Part shown: positions 10,288 to 21,221 of the stretch, piece after piece
Layout of the letters: each line of letters begins with the position of its first letter
Numbering within the stretch: position 1 is the stretch's first letter
Assembly: GCF_000143415.4 (NCBI RefSeq)
Contig: NW_003314273.1
Location: 630,074 to 694,073 of the forward strand
Source of the DNA: Selaginella moellendorffii
Taxonomy: Eukaryota > Plantae > Lycopodiophyta
Direction of reading: 5' to 3'
Length of the DNA: 64,000 nucleotides
The notes under the pieces: generated by a model
Databases searched by the model: none
Told to the model about the DNA's origin: nothing
The model's input: the letters and a program-made list of their open reading frames with translations, nothing else
Translations under genes and position numbers: made by a program

Positions 10288-12510
10288 TTAGACAAATCCT
10301 CTCTCCCGTACACCATAACACTCGTGCCCGTACACCTGGACGTTGCTACTGTGGTTACCGCCGGCGGCGGCGGTGGTGGCGGTGGCGGTGGCGGCGGCGG
10401 CGGCGTACCGCGCGGTACCGCCGCTACCGACTTTAAGGTTGAGCTTCCAGACGAACAGGCTCCCCAGGTGCTGGTCGTCCAGCCGCCGCATCTCGCACGG
10501 CACGCCGCTTAAGTAGCAGCGCTTGACGCCCTCCATCCAATCCACTCTCGCCTGCCCGACCAAGCTCACGGCCGAGTAGGGGCTCCGCTCGCTCTGGAAG
10601 GTGACGCATACCTCCGGCGTGGGCGTGGGGGCCGCGGCCACCACCACCACCTCGGGCTGGACGGTGGTGGCGATGGCGCCCGTGGTGGCAGCAGCGTTCA
10701 TGCTGTTGCTACTGGCCGAGTCCTGCAGCCCGATGCTACTGCCGCCCGACGAGGAGCGCACGAGCTGGTTGTAGGCGGCGTTCACCCAGCGCACGCGGTT
10801 GCTCCTGTCCGTGACGAACGCCGGGAGGCCGTCCTTCTCCAGCTGCGACTCCACCGTCTCCAGGCTCCCGGAGAGGTAGCCCGCGTAGGAGTTCACCTCG
10901 GTTATGGAGTCGAGGCACACGTTGGAGCCGACCACCAGCGGCACTGGACGGACCGGCTGTGGAGCGATCACCCTTTGCTGCTGGTGCTGGTGCTGGTGCT
11001 GGTGCTGTTGTGGCATCGAGCTCGAGCTTTGCTCCACAAACTCAGCCCTGCCACCCGGCTTGGACGAAGAAGAGCTCGGGAGGCCAGTGTGCATGAACTT
11101 TTTGAGGAATCCCCACAGCACGGCATTGCACTCCGAGCCCCGCATTCTATACCGGAAGCATCCCAGCTGCGTAGGGAGGCCCAGCGGATCGATGTACGGC
11201 CCGGCGGCGCGCTGCGGCTTACCGCCCAGCCTCTCCGACACCACCTTGTCGTAGCTGAGGTTGGACCAGAGCACCACGGAGCGGGTGCTGGATGCGCCAC
11301 CGCCGAGATCCTCCGTGAGGGCCACCGGGTCGGACGATCCGCCATAGGCCTGCTCCAAGTAGCTCGAGTCGATCACCATCCCGGCGCGGTGCTGCTGATG
11401 GTGGAAGGCATCCTGGCGGCTTTGTTCTTGTTGCTGTTGTTGAGGGACCCTTTGCTCGTGTACCGCGGCGGTACGTGGCTGCGCCGCCGCGCCATACCGC
11501 CGCGCCACCGGCGGCGCCGAGCTGCCCGAGCACAAGCTCAGCTCCAGCCGATTGGAATCGTCCCTGTATCTATCCCGGTCCCGCCGCCCCAGCAAATCGA
11601 TCGATGACACCACCTCCGGGACTGGATTCGCGAGCTGATGCTGCGCTGGTGTGTCTGGCAGCAACGACAGCGTCACAAGCTTGGGCCTTTCGTCATCGCC
11701 ATTGCCATCTCCCAAGGCAGCGATGGGAGCTGGAGGAGAAGCCTGGCGAGGCGGCGGCGGCGGCGGCGGCGGAGGTAGTGGTGGTGGCGGCGGTGGTGGA
11801 GGAGGAGGAGGAGATACTTGCTGTACATTGGAGCCTAGATCACTCACCAGCGATCTCGAATTGCTGCTGCTGTTCTTTCGGAGGCTATAGCCACCGCCGC
11901 CGCCGCCACTGCTCGCCAGCGTGGCTGGCGGCTTGACCGCCACCATGACGCTGCTGCCCGCGTCCTCGAGCACGACGTTAGGGCTCCTGGCGTACGACTG
12001 TGTGCTCGTGTTGCCAATCGATCCTCCTCCTACTGCCACCGCGGGCCTTATGATCTTCCACCCGGGCAATGCCTGGGCGTCCGACAGCATCGATACGGAC
12101 GTAGTGACCGTGGACAAGCTCCCGGCGATGTCCACCATCACTGGCACCATCTGCTGGCTCTGGTGGTGGATTTGCTGCTGGATCTGGAGCTGGATTTGCT
12201 GCTGCTGCTGCTGCTGCTGCTGGTGGTGCTGGTGAATCTTCTGCTGCTTGCTGCGATTGTTGGCCGCCGATCGCTTGTAGCTCCGGGGCGAGCCGAGCGA
12301 GGAATCGCCGGATCTCTTGCGCCCCTTCCTACACCCTGGCGACACCGAGGAGGAGGATTGCGTCGGGGCATCGGCGGGCGCTGGGGCTTGATCGGGCTTG
12401 GCGCTGCCGGTGGCGCTGGATGGCGCCGAAGGGGGCTTGGGCGCAATTGGACGATACCGCGACAAGATCTGCTCCGCCTTGGACGAATACATGTTGAAGA
12501 AGGGAAACAT
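10288..12510 (-). CDS. Plant 'RPIAPKP' family protein of unknown function, with Q/P/G low-complexity tracts and PAS-like segments
   Basis: 740-codon ORF from the first in-frame ATG (12510). N-terminal ILSRYRPIAPKP; C-terminal LPAFVTDRSNRVRWVNAAYNQLV...VPCEMRRL...FVWKL pattern typical of this plant family. Confidence 0.75.
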   Translation of the reverse strand: MFPFFNMYSSKAEQILSRYRPIAPKPPSAPSSATGSAKPDQAPAPADAPTQSSSSVSPGCRKGRKRSGDSSLGSPRSYKRSAANNRSKQQKIHQHHQQQQQQQQQIQLQIQQQIHHQSQQMVPVMVDIAGSLSTVTTSVSMLSDAQALPGWKIIRPAVAVGGGSIGNTSTQSYARSPNVVLEDAGSSVMVAVKPPATLASSGGGGGGYSLRKNSSSNSRSLVSDLGSNVQQVSPPPPPPPPPPPLPPPPPPPPPRQASPPAPIAALGDGNGDDERPKLVTLSLLPDTPAQHQLANPVPEVVSSIDLLGRRDRDRYRDDSNRLELSLCSGSSAPPVARRYGAAAQPRTAAVHEQRVPQQQQQEQSRQDAFHHQQHRAGMVIDSSYLEQAYGGSSDPVALTEDLGGGASSTRSVVLWSNLSYDKVVSERLGGKPQRAAGPYIDPLGLPTQLGCFRYRMRGSECNAVLWGFLKKFMHTGLPSSSSSKPGGRAEFVEQSSSSMPQQHQHQHQHQQQRVIAPQPVRPVPLVVGSNVCLDSITEVNSYAGYLSGSLETVESQLEKDGLPAFVTDRSNRVRWVNAAYNQLVRSSSGGSSIGLQDSASSNSMNAAATTGAIATTVQPEVVVVAAAPTPTPEVCVTFQSERSPYSAVSLVGQARVDWMEGVKRCYLSGVPCEMRRLDDQHLGSLFVWKLNLKVGSGGTARYAAAAATATATTAAAGGNHSSNVQVYGHECYGVRERGFV

Positions 12511-12529
12511 GAGGGAAGAACACCACGAT

Positions 12530-12595
12530 CTATCGCCGCGCGCTAGTGAAATATCCCCCACCTTCTTCCTCCTCGCCTCCCCATTCGTGAATCAT
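12530..12595 (-). promoter_or_regulatory. Two overlapping candidate uORFs (12595-12530, 21 aa; 12584-12543, 13 aa) just upstream of the main ATG
   Basis: Two out-of-frame ATGs with stops. The longer uORF ends 19 nt before the main ATG at 12510. The transcription start is unknown. Confidence 0.35.
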
Positions 12596-13589
12596 GCCCC
12601 CTCCTCCCGATTCTCACCTCCCCCGCCCGAAATATCGATCCATCCCCAGGAATTCGGCGCTCCATCGCGATCTTGCCCGCATTCCAATCCGGGCGCTCCT
12701 CCTACCCTAAGAGATCCCGCCCCCCGGGCGAGCTCCTCTCACGAAATCTGTGCAAACCAAACAGGCACCGGCACAGAAAAACTCAGAGATTCCCCCGGGA
12801 GCCGATCGATCCGGCGCTGGCCTCGCGGATTCCAGACACCGAGCCCTAAAACCACAGCCCTCGCACGCAATCGCTCGGTTCTTGGCCAAGGCAGTGGAGA
12901 CGACAGCGCGAAGAGAGAAAACGAAGAGAACAAACTGAAGAACAGGGTAAAAAATCAGATATCAAAGGGTTAAAGTATAAGTCACCTAGAGTTAAGAAAA
13001 TTTGACGAGAAAAAAAAAACATTATTGACGGTACTGGAGTGTATCAAATGGAGGGCGGTAAGGGGATCGATGGCAGGCAAGCCACCACAGCCACAGATTT
13101 TGATATCGTGCCCAATTACCTACGACAAGAAAACTTCCAGCCCAGACAACCAGGTCCGGTACCATACCTACTAGCTTTCGCCGCACCACCACGAACAAAA
13201 CACGCGTCGCGGCCTGGGCCCCACGCCTCTGGGTGGCCCACGCTGCTTCGGAGCCGTACCCCATTGGGCAAAATGGGACTTTGGACAAAATATTTTAAGC
13301 CCTTGTTTCCGGCGAGCAAATTTTTTAGGGCTTTGCTATATTCTTACTATGTATAGTGCACGGGAGAGATTTGCTGATCCACTACAGCTGGACAAAGCAT
13401 ATAAGAGTGATTAAAGCATTTAGGGAAGAATTTTAATAGCCTAAGTGGACCCAAGCTTCAGACAACATTGATGCCGTACCACCAACCGATTTTCAGCACC
13501 AATTTAGAAGCAAAGGAAAAAGAAGAGTGTCGCGCTGGCGGGTGGCCACTGGCTGTACGAAATATCTCCCGACCCCGTGGCCAAAGGCA

Positions 13590-13851
13590 GCCGATTGGTC
13601 CAGAGTCTGGTGGCCATTACTCCCACGAGGGGCCATCACCCCTTAACCAGGACCGATTTAAAATAAGGTTACAAGCTACTTATAAACGGCCAATGGGGTA
13701 CCTGGATTTGACGTCAGCCCTCTTTCCAGCCGACGCGTGGCGGTGGGCCCCGTCCGACGTGGCTGCAAGGCCGTCCAATGAAGCACGTGGACCCGGCAAC
13801 GAGAGGCTGGTTTTGATTGGCTGACGGGGCGGAGGAATGCCCTCCCATTGG
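13590..13851. promoter_or_regulatory. Dense cis-element cluster (CCAAT x5, TGACGTCA, CACGTG, TGGGCC, GC box)
   Basis: CCAAT/ATTGG at ~13594, 13690, 13775, 13816 and 13847; TGACGTCA 13709-13716; CACGTG 13784-13789; GACGTGG ~13756. Confidence 0.4.
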
Positions 13852-14559
13852 CCGGCGTGCTTGCGAAAAGATCCCCACATATCCACATCCACGATTCCAC
13901 TTTGTTTATAAATAAGTAAAGAATGAAGCAAGGTTTTGATGGAGGAAACCATGCAAACCCAAGGTTTTAATTCATGTTTATACTATACGTCGCTATCAAC
14001 ACCACCACCACCACCGCCTTGTAAACAATGATAGTGCATGTCTCCCAATGGCATTAAGGTATATGGTCTCGTCCAAAAGGATTGGCCGCGACTATGATAC
14101 CTAGTCCAAAGTGCCGGCTTGAAACACCCTTTTGTTTTTTGGGCTCCCGATGATCACGGATCGATCATACTCGGTGACCGATCAGTGGATCTCTCATGGC
14201 TTAATCACTGAAAACCGAGCGAAACCATTTATACAATGGTTTGTGGCTGGATCTGTCGGCACAAGCCTATAAAGCTTTGCCTCCCACAAAACCCACAACT
14301 CCCACTCATAAAATACGAAAGCTTCTCCCCCTGCGCGAGACCCCACCAAAGTCAGCAATTCTCCACAAGCCCCTGCTCGGAGGCATCCATTCAAGTCCCA
14401 TCGCACCAATCACACCGATTCCTTTTCATTAAGCTGTGTGTAGAGCCCAGCAAGTTAGTGCAAGAGATGCTCCTACAAAGTTTTCCTTCCAGATCAAAAC
14501 CAATGCTACAAAGCTTACTAAAAACTTCAACAGAAACCCATCCTTTTCTATGCTACCTT

Positions 14560-14610
14560 TGTGTGTGTGCGTGAGAGAGAAAGAGAGAGAGAAGAGAGTT
14601 GGAAAAGAGA

Positions 14611-14642
<32 letters not shown>
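14560..14642. repeat. (GT)n/(GA)n microsatellite immediately 3' of the CRY stop
   Basis: Directly visible dinucleotide tracts. Confidence 0.9.
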
Positions 14643-14645
14643 TAT

Positions 14646-16894
14646 TCACAAGTAAGCTGAGAAGTCCACCCTACGTCGATTGCTATGTGTGGGGAACCAT
14701 ACCGCCGCAGCTGTCGCGTAGCCGTCGTAATTCCTCCTAAAGGCTGATGACGACTCCGCGGTGGAGTTGACATCGCTGTCCATCATCTCGACCGCCTGCT
14801 GATGCTGCTGCTGGGGCTGCTGCAGCTGCAGCTGAGGGAATTGCTGCTGCTGGGGATGCTGCTCCTGTCTGTGGTTGGCGGGATGAAAATCTTCCCCCGG
14901 CCCCGCCAGCGCAAAGTTGTGCTGCTGCGGCTGAAGATGGTGGTGGTGGTGGTGGTGGTGATGATGGATCCGGCTGGACCCGGACCGCAGCGTGTTAAAG
15001 TCAGGGAGGAGCGTTGGAACGATCTGATCCGGGTGTGAGGTGTCCGAACATCGGTCTCGCTGCTGCTGCTGCTGGTTTTGGCGCTCGATCACCATCTGGT
15101 CGTTTGATCGTCGCTGGCTCTCGTGGCACTGGTGCCCGTTGCTACCGCCATAGTCTCTGATCTGCTGCTCGCCATTGTCACTGTTTATCTCCGGCGGCTC
15201 CGGCGTCCCACTGCCATTGCTGATACTGTTACTGTTGTGCTCCCACATGTCCCGCAGCCCCCGCTGCAGCCGCTCCCGCGCCGCCGCGATCTCCACCACC
15301 GGCCTCGGGTAGTTGCAGCCCAGCTCGATCCCCGCCGCGCACAGCACGCTCGGGGGCGCGTTCCACGGCTCGTGGATCCACTCCGTCGGCAGCCTCGACA
15401 GCTCCGGCAGCCACTTCCGGACGTAGTTGCCATCCGGATCGAACCGCCGCCCCTCGATCTGCACAAAACCCCGGGTTTGGTCTAGAGAGAGAAAAGATGG
15501 CGGGCAATGGAAGCTTACGTGTGGGATCTCCATGCGGTCCAGCTCGTGGCCGTCCGGGAGGCTCCCGGAGATGTACTGCCACCCGAGGATGTCCGACTCG
15601 AGGTCCGCGTCCAGCAGCGTGTCCCAGAAGTACTTCATCCCCCAGCGCCACGGGAGCTGGAGGAACTTGACGCAGAAGCTCGAGACGATGACGCGGATCC
15701 GGTTGTGGAGCCAGCCCGTCGCCCAAAGCTCGCGCATCCCGGCGTCGACGAGAGGATACCCGGTTCGCCCCTGCCGCCACGCCTTGAAGAACCCCTCGTC
15801 AACTCTCCAGGGGAAGTGTCTCAGGTGCCCCAGCAGCGATCGCTCGTGAGTGAAGGGGAAGTGGAAGCACAGGTACCTCGAGTACTCGCGGTAGCCGAGC
15901 GCTCGCAGGAACAAGCTCGCGCTGCGCTCCGCGGGCTGCCTGCCGTCGGTGATCCACAGCAGCTGCTTGCTGCGCACGGCGTGGAACACCTTCCGGATGC
16001 TCAGCTCTCCGTAGTGCAAGTGCGGCGAGAGCATGGACGTGGTGCCACCGTCCACCTTGCCGCGGTTGTCGCCATAGTCGGCCAGCGGCCCGGCCAGGAA
16101 CGCGTCCAGGGACTTGTTGGCGTTGCTCCAGCCGGGCGTCCAAGTCCGGGCGAGCATCGCGTTGCTGCTCTTCTCGAAGTCGTCCTCGAGGCCGAGCTCC
16201 TCGGCTGGGAGACCGAGGTGGCCGAGCCCCGGCTCGGCTGGCGGGGAGAGGCGCTTTGGCGGGAGTAGTGGGCCGTCGGGTTCGTGGTCCATGCCGAGGT
16301 AGCGCTGCCAAAACAATTGAAAGTGTGTATATGGATTGCCTCGCGCGTCGAAGAGCTCCCACGGCTCGTAGAGGAGATCCGCGTTGAAGGTCTGTACGGT
16401 GATGCCGTACTGCGAGAGGCCGTGCTTTACGTGGTGGTCTCGGATGAGCGACACGGGATCTGTGGAGGAAGAGGAGCGAAAGAGTTAGATCATAAGAGAA
16501 GTTGGCTATCGAAAGACAACTTGGAGGAACTGGAGAGAACTCGAGGAACTATAGGAAAGATGGAAAATCCATGGTGCTCACCATAGAGGTGATTGTAGAA
16601 AACCTGAGTAGCTTTGGTGTCCCTGGCGATCTGAAGCAGTGCGTTGAGGCTGCTGCCGCGGGACTTTTGCATCAAGAGCGGGCAGCCGAGCTTGGTGAGC
16701 GAGGAATTCAGGTGCATCAAGCTTTGCTTGAGCCACCATCGCGACACTCTCCCCGGGCGGAACTCTCCCTCCTCCTCAGCGCACCAGATGAACAGCGGAA
16801 CCACGGCCCCGGCTTTGGACGCCGCCGCCAGCGCCGGATTGTCCTCCACTCGCAGATCTCGCCGAAACCACACGATGGTTGTGCTGCTACCCAT
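14646..16894 (-). CDS. CRY: Plant cryptochrome blue-light receptor (exons 16894-16582, 16459-15519, 15458-14646)
   Basis: PHR domain: TIVWFRRDLRVEDNPAL, TSMLSPHLHYGELS, GRTGYPLVDAGMRELWATGW, LPWRWG, DADLESDILGWQYISG. C-terminal DAS elements DQIVP and STAESSS. Confidence 0.96.
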
Positions 16895-16940
16895 CTCTTT
16901 CTCTTTCTCTCGCACTCCCTCTCTCTTACTTTAGGCTTGG

Positions 16941-16972
<32 letters not shown>

Positions 16973-18565
16973 GTTTTAGAGACCGAAAGCGATGATCAGC
17001 GACCTGGGAGGTGAAATGCGAGCGCGATTTCAGTCATGCTCGGCTCCCAGCCCCGAATATGGCATTGGGCAGAGGCCGATTAGAGATTCCCCGGCCCAGC
17101 GGTGCGCCATACCTTGTCTTCTCACTCCAGGTGCTTTCCTGGCTCCTTTTGCCTCGCTCTCTTCTTGGGTCGCGGAATCCATAGCTGTTCCAGCTGCCCA
17201 GCTAGCGCATTCCGTGCCTTCTTTCTCTTTTTTCGCTTTTCCACTGCCTCGCCAATCCACAAGGAAGAGAGAGAGAGGGAAAGAAAAAAAAGGCTTATCT
17301 CTTCCACTGCTTTGTCCAGTTGCTGAGCGAGCTTGTGGATAGTAGTAAGAAGATGGGTCTGCCAAACAGCGCATTAGGGCACACTGTGATCAGCGCCACG
17401 TCTACGTCCGTATAGCGCCCCACCACCGCGTGCAGTGCCACGGCTAATGTTACTCTCCACTCTTTGCCCGATGATTTAGAGATATTCTTCCTGTCGCCCT
17501 TGCGTGGGGCATTTTCTGGTACATGGATTGGAATATGCCATTCATGGAAGAGCAGTCACCCGTGGACGAATCACGAGGCGCCAGGTGGACGGACCAGTGG
17601 CGATTCACGCGCAGCCATGTCGGAGCTTTTGTACAATGACGAGCGCTGCCGTCATCTCTAAGCGGGAGGTGAGCCTATCTTCTAGAATTTGCGTCTTGCT
17701 AGGCCTATCTCGCACTCTTTGCGATCGATCTTACCTCGTTGGAGGAGCTCCGCTTTTTTTACATTGCTGTTCATATGAGTTCATGCTGAAATCTATCCGG
17801 AAAGAACAAAGGTCGATCAAATAGTAATCTAAGTTAAAATGTTGATATATTACTAAAAACTTAAATTTAGTTCAATAAAATTTTATTCCTAGTTTTATCT
17901 CGGGATCTAATTTTATAATAAAAAAGCTTTGTGCTGACCAAGCCACCTTTTTCGATTATTATTACATGGTTTTGGGGTGATTGGCGCTCAAATGGAGTCA
18001 TGAGACCACAGTGCAATGGATGCAAATGTAAACCTCAAAGGATCGAGAAGTCAAAGGCCCGCCACCTCCTACTGTTAAAATAAGATCAATTAAAAAGAAA
18101 GCCTTCAATGCAAAAACAAGAAGGAACAAAATAAATCAATCTAAGTCCCAAGATCTCGTCAAGAATGCCGTGTCAATGTTGTTTTCGATTGCATGATTGT
18201 GCTGTGCAGAGCTGTCTATGAAGTGAGAGTCTCCCCGCGGTTTCTTGCTTCCAAAGCGTAAAACGAATATACCCAGCGCCAGCAGAATATGCTGGGGCTT
18301 AACTGAATATTCGCAAGGTCCTTTTCTATTAGCAGACCCTTTGAGAGAATATGCCGGCGCGATGACAAAAATGGCGTGAAAAAGGTAATTCTTTTGTCTA
18401 ATGGGACGTGGCACGTTAGTGTTTAAACGATCGCTAGGCTAAACCTCTTTTTGTAGGTGAGGGAAATTCTAGGTAGCGCGCGAGCGAGAAATCGGTGAGA
18501 GGGAGAGCGCGAGGAGAAGATCGACCTGAGATCACGGAGAGAGTGTAGCTAGGAAGAGGGCGGCT

Positions 18566-20959
18566 ATGGCGCCAGCAGCTGCCGTGGATTCGTCGCCGCT
18601 CCAGGATTGGAGCGACGAGATGGAAAGCAATGGAGATTTCGAGCTTGCGAGCAGCAGCGGGAATGGATCGGGGGCTCCTGGCGCGCCGGATCACGGCTGG
18701 CACAAGGTGACAAACCCTAAGAAGCAGCGGCTGCGGGAGAGGAAGCTCAAGGCCGAGGGGGGAGGAGGAGGCGAAGGGGGCGCTGGGTTAGGTCAAGATG
18801 GGAAGAACTCCTCCAAGGCGTTTGAGGCGCTGGAGAAGGAGGCGGAGGCGCGAACCGAGCGGCGCAAGTCGAGGAAGGCTGCATGGAGCGCCAGTGTCGC
18901 CGCCGCTGCCACCCCCGCCGCGAATGGCGTCCATGATCCTCACGGCAGCGACGATGAGGAGCAAGGTAGCGATGTTGAGTCTAAGAATGCCGCTGTTGCG
19001 AATGGAGGAGGAGGCAGCGCCAATGGAGGCGAGAAGAAAAAAAAGGCAAAGAAGCCAAAGGTTTCTATTGCCGATGCTGCGGCTGCAATTGACCCAGTGG
19101 ATCTGGCAGACTATCTCGCCACCTTGTCGGTATGTTCTTCATCGTTTTTTCTTCTTTGGTTTTTCTTTTTTCGAATTCCATGCATGCTGACACTTGGATT
19201 TCTCCTCCAGGCGTCTTACGACGATATTCAATTGATTCGTTGCGTGGATTACTTCGTCAAGATTTTCTCGCCTGTAAATACGGTAGAGATCGCGTGGGAC
19301 AAGATGTCGAGGGATCCGCTGCTCAAGAGCGTCCAGGTGAGAGTTTAAATGCTTCTCGTGATGCTTAGAGACTAATGCTGGCTGTTTTCCTTCACATTTC
19401 AAGGTTCCTATCGGGGATCTTCCTGACAAAGTGTGTAGAGCCACAGCTAACTGGCTGGGACAGAAGTCCGTGGACGCTTTGTCACAATTCGTCTCCTGGG
19501 CCCTCAACGATGTTTTGTTCGAGGCTCAGCCCCAGCAAAAGGGTGGGAAGAGTGGTCCTACGGTTTCCAACAGCACAAAGGTAGCTAGCCCATGACATTT
19601 TGTGGCGCTATTTCTTTTATCTCTTCACATATATCCTGACCGGTCGCAACCAACTTGCGCGTGTCTTTGGCAGATTGCTGTGCTCGTTGTTGTGGCCATA
19701 CTACTGAGAAGAAGGTCCGAAGTGCTACTGGGAATGATGGAAACGCTTCGACAACCGAAGTTTCAAGCTCCACCGAAGCTTTACGTACTGGCCTGGATGT
19801 ACGGCCAGGTTGGTGTTTGATACTGTCCTGTGCTCCGAAGGTTTTAACATTTATCGCAGGTAGCTCGTGAGGATCTGCTTGCTGGATTATATCTGTGGTC
19901 CCATAATCTTCTGCCATTCGCTGTTGGTAGCTCCAGCACTCCGGTTACTCGGGACATTGCTCTCCAGTTTTTTGAGGGGTACGATAGCTCTTGTTTATCT
20001 CATGACTGATGGTTGCATTTATTGCAGCTTTGTGATGAAAGACCTCGCTAAGAACCGCCCCTCTCTCTTGACTGGTGCTACAAGGAAGGAGAGGTTGATT
20101 TCTCCTCACGCGCTCATTGCGTGCCTCCATATGGCGTATCCACCCGAGTCGTCTAGAACTAAGGTACAACTACTCATTTTTGGCGGGCAAGATATTGACA
20201 TTCGCGTGCAGGCAACGCAAAGGTATTTGGCGATTTATCCCACAGTGAAAGAAATTTCTCTTGGAGGCTCTACTCGCACTCGAGCACTAAAGACTGTAGC
20301 TCAGCAGCTTCTTCCGATGTCCCTTACCGTGGCCGAAGAAGGTAAACTATCTGCATTATCTGATGGCCTCCCTCATCTAAGCTTGCCCTGGCAGATGATG
20401 CCGAGTTGTCCCTTGAAGGCTGCGATCTATTCAGGTGGTGTTTGTTTCAGTCACCCGATAGCTACAAGCAATGGGTGAGTCCTGCTTAAGTTTTCTTTGT
20501 GACAGTCCTTGAACTCTTGTGTCTACCGAACTTGTACTATTGCAGGAGAAGCTCTATCCGGAAAGGTTGAAAGGCAGCGTGCGTGTCCTAAAGTTCCTTA
20601 GGGGTACTTGGAGGGAATCCCAGTCCATGCTCTCGCCACTCAAAGAGTTACAGAGCACGGTGACATCACTAAAGCTCCAGGTGAGAGCTGAAAATGCCCT
20701 TTCCTTTGAGATGTTCGCTAACTCTTGTTTGTATGTGCAGAGTCTCAAGATGAAACAAGATCCCAAGCTGGAAGCCGAGTCGATCAAGGCTTTGGATCAC
20801 TGCAAGTTTCTCCAGAAGAAGATGAGCTTGTGGAATGCGTGCTTGAGCGCGAGCGTCGCTCTGGCGTGCACGGCGGCTGCTGGCTACGCGTTCTATCTTC
20901 TGAGCCCCGACAAGAACCCATGGAACTGGGACGGTAAGATTCTTCTCAGCAATCTATAG
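18566..20959 (+). CDS. TMEM214/DUF2359-like ER membrane protein (multi-exon)
   Basis: GWHKVTNPKKQR, KKPKVSIADAAAAIDP, DIQLIRCVDYF, GATRKERLISP, QRYLAIYPTVKEISL; C-terminal TM helix; about 10 short GT-AG introns. Confidence 0.8.
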
Positions 20960-21221
20960 TTTCTCTCTTCTATCTCGATCGCAAGCTACCATTGACGACA
21001 GCAACACCAAAAGCCAAAAAAAAAGGTTCTATGCTCGACGTGATTCAAAGACAAGTTCTTAGACCTTAGAGACGGTGAAGAAAAAAATTTGATCTTTTGG
21101 AGTAGGATAGGCGCTTCTCTCTTTTTTTCTTCACCGTTTGTTTCTTCGTAATAATAAGGAATGGAAGTCTTTGCCTTTTGAGGGGGAAAATTTCGAAATT
21201 TTAGGGCTCTTTGCTGTGGTT

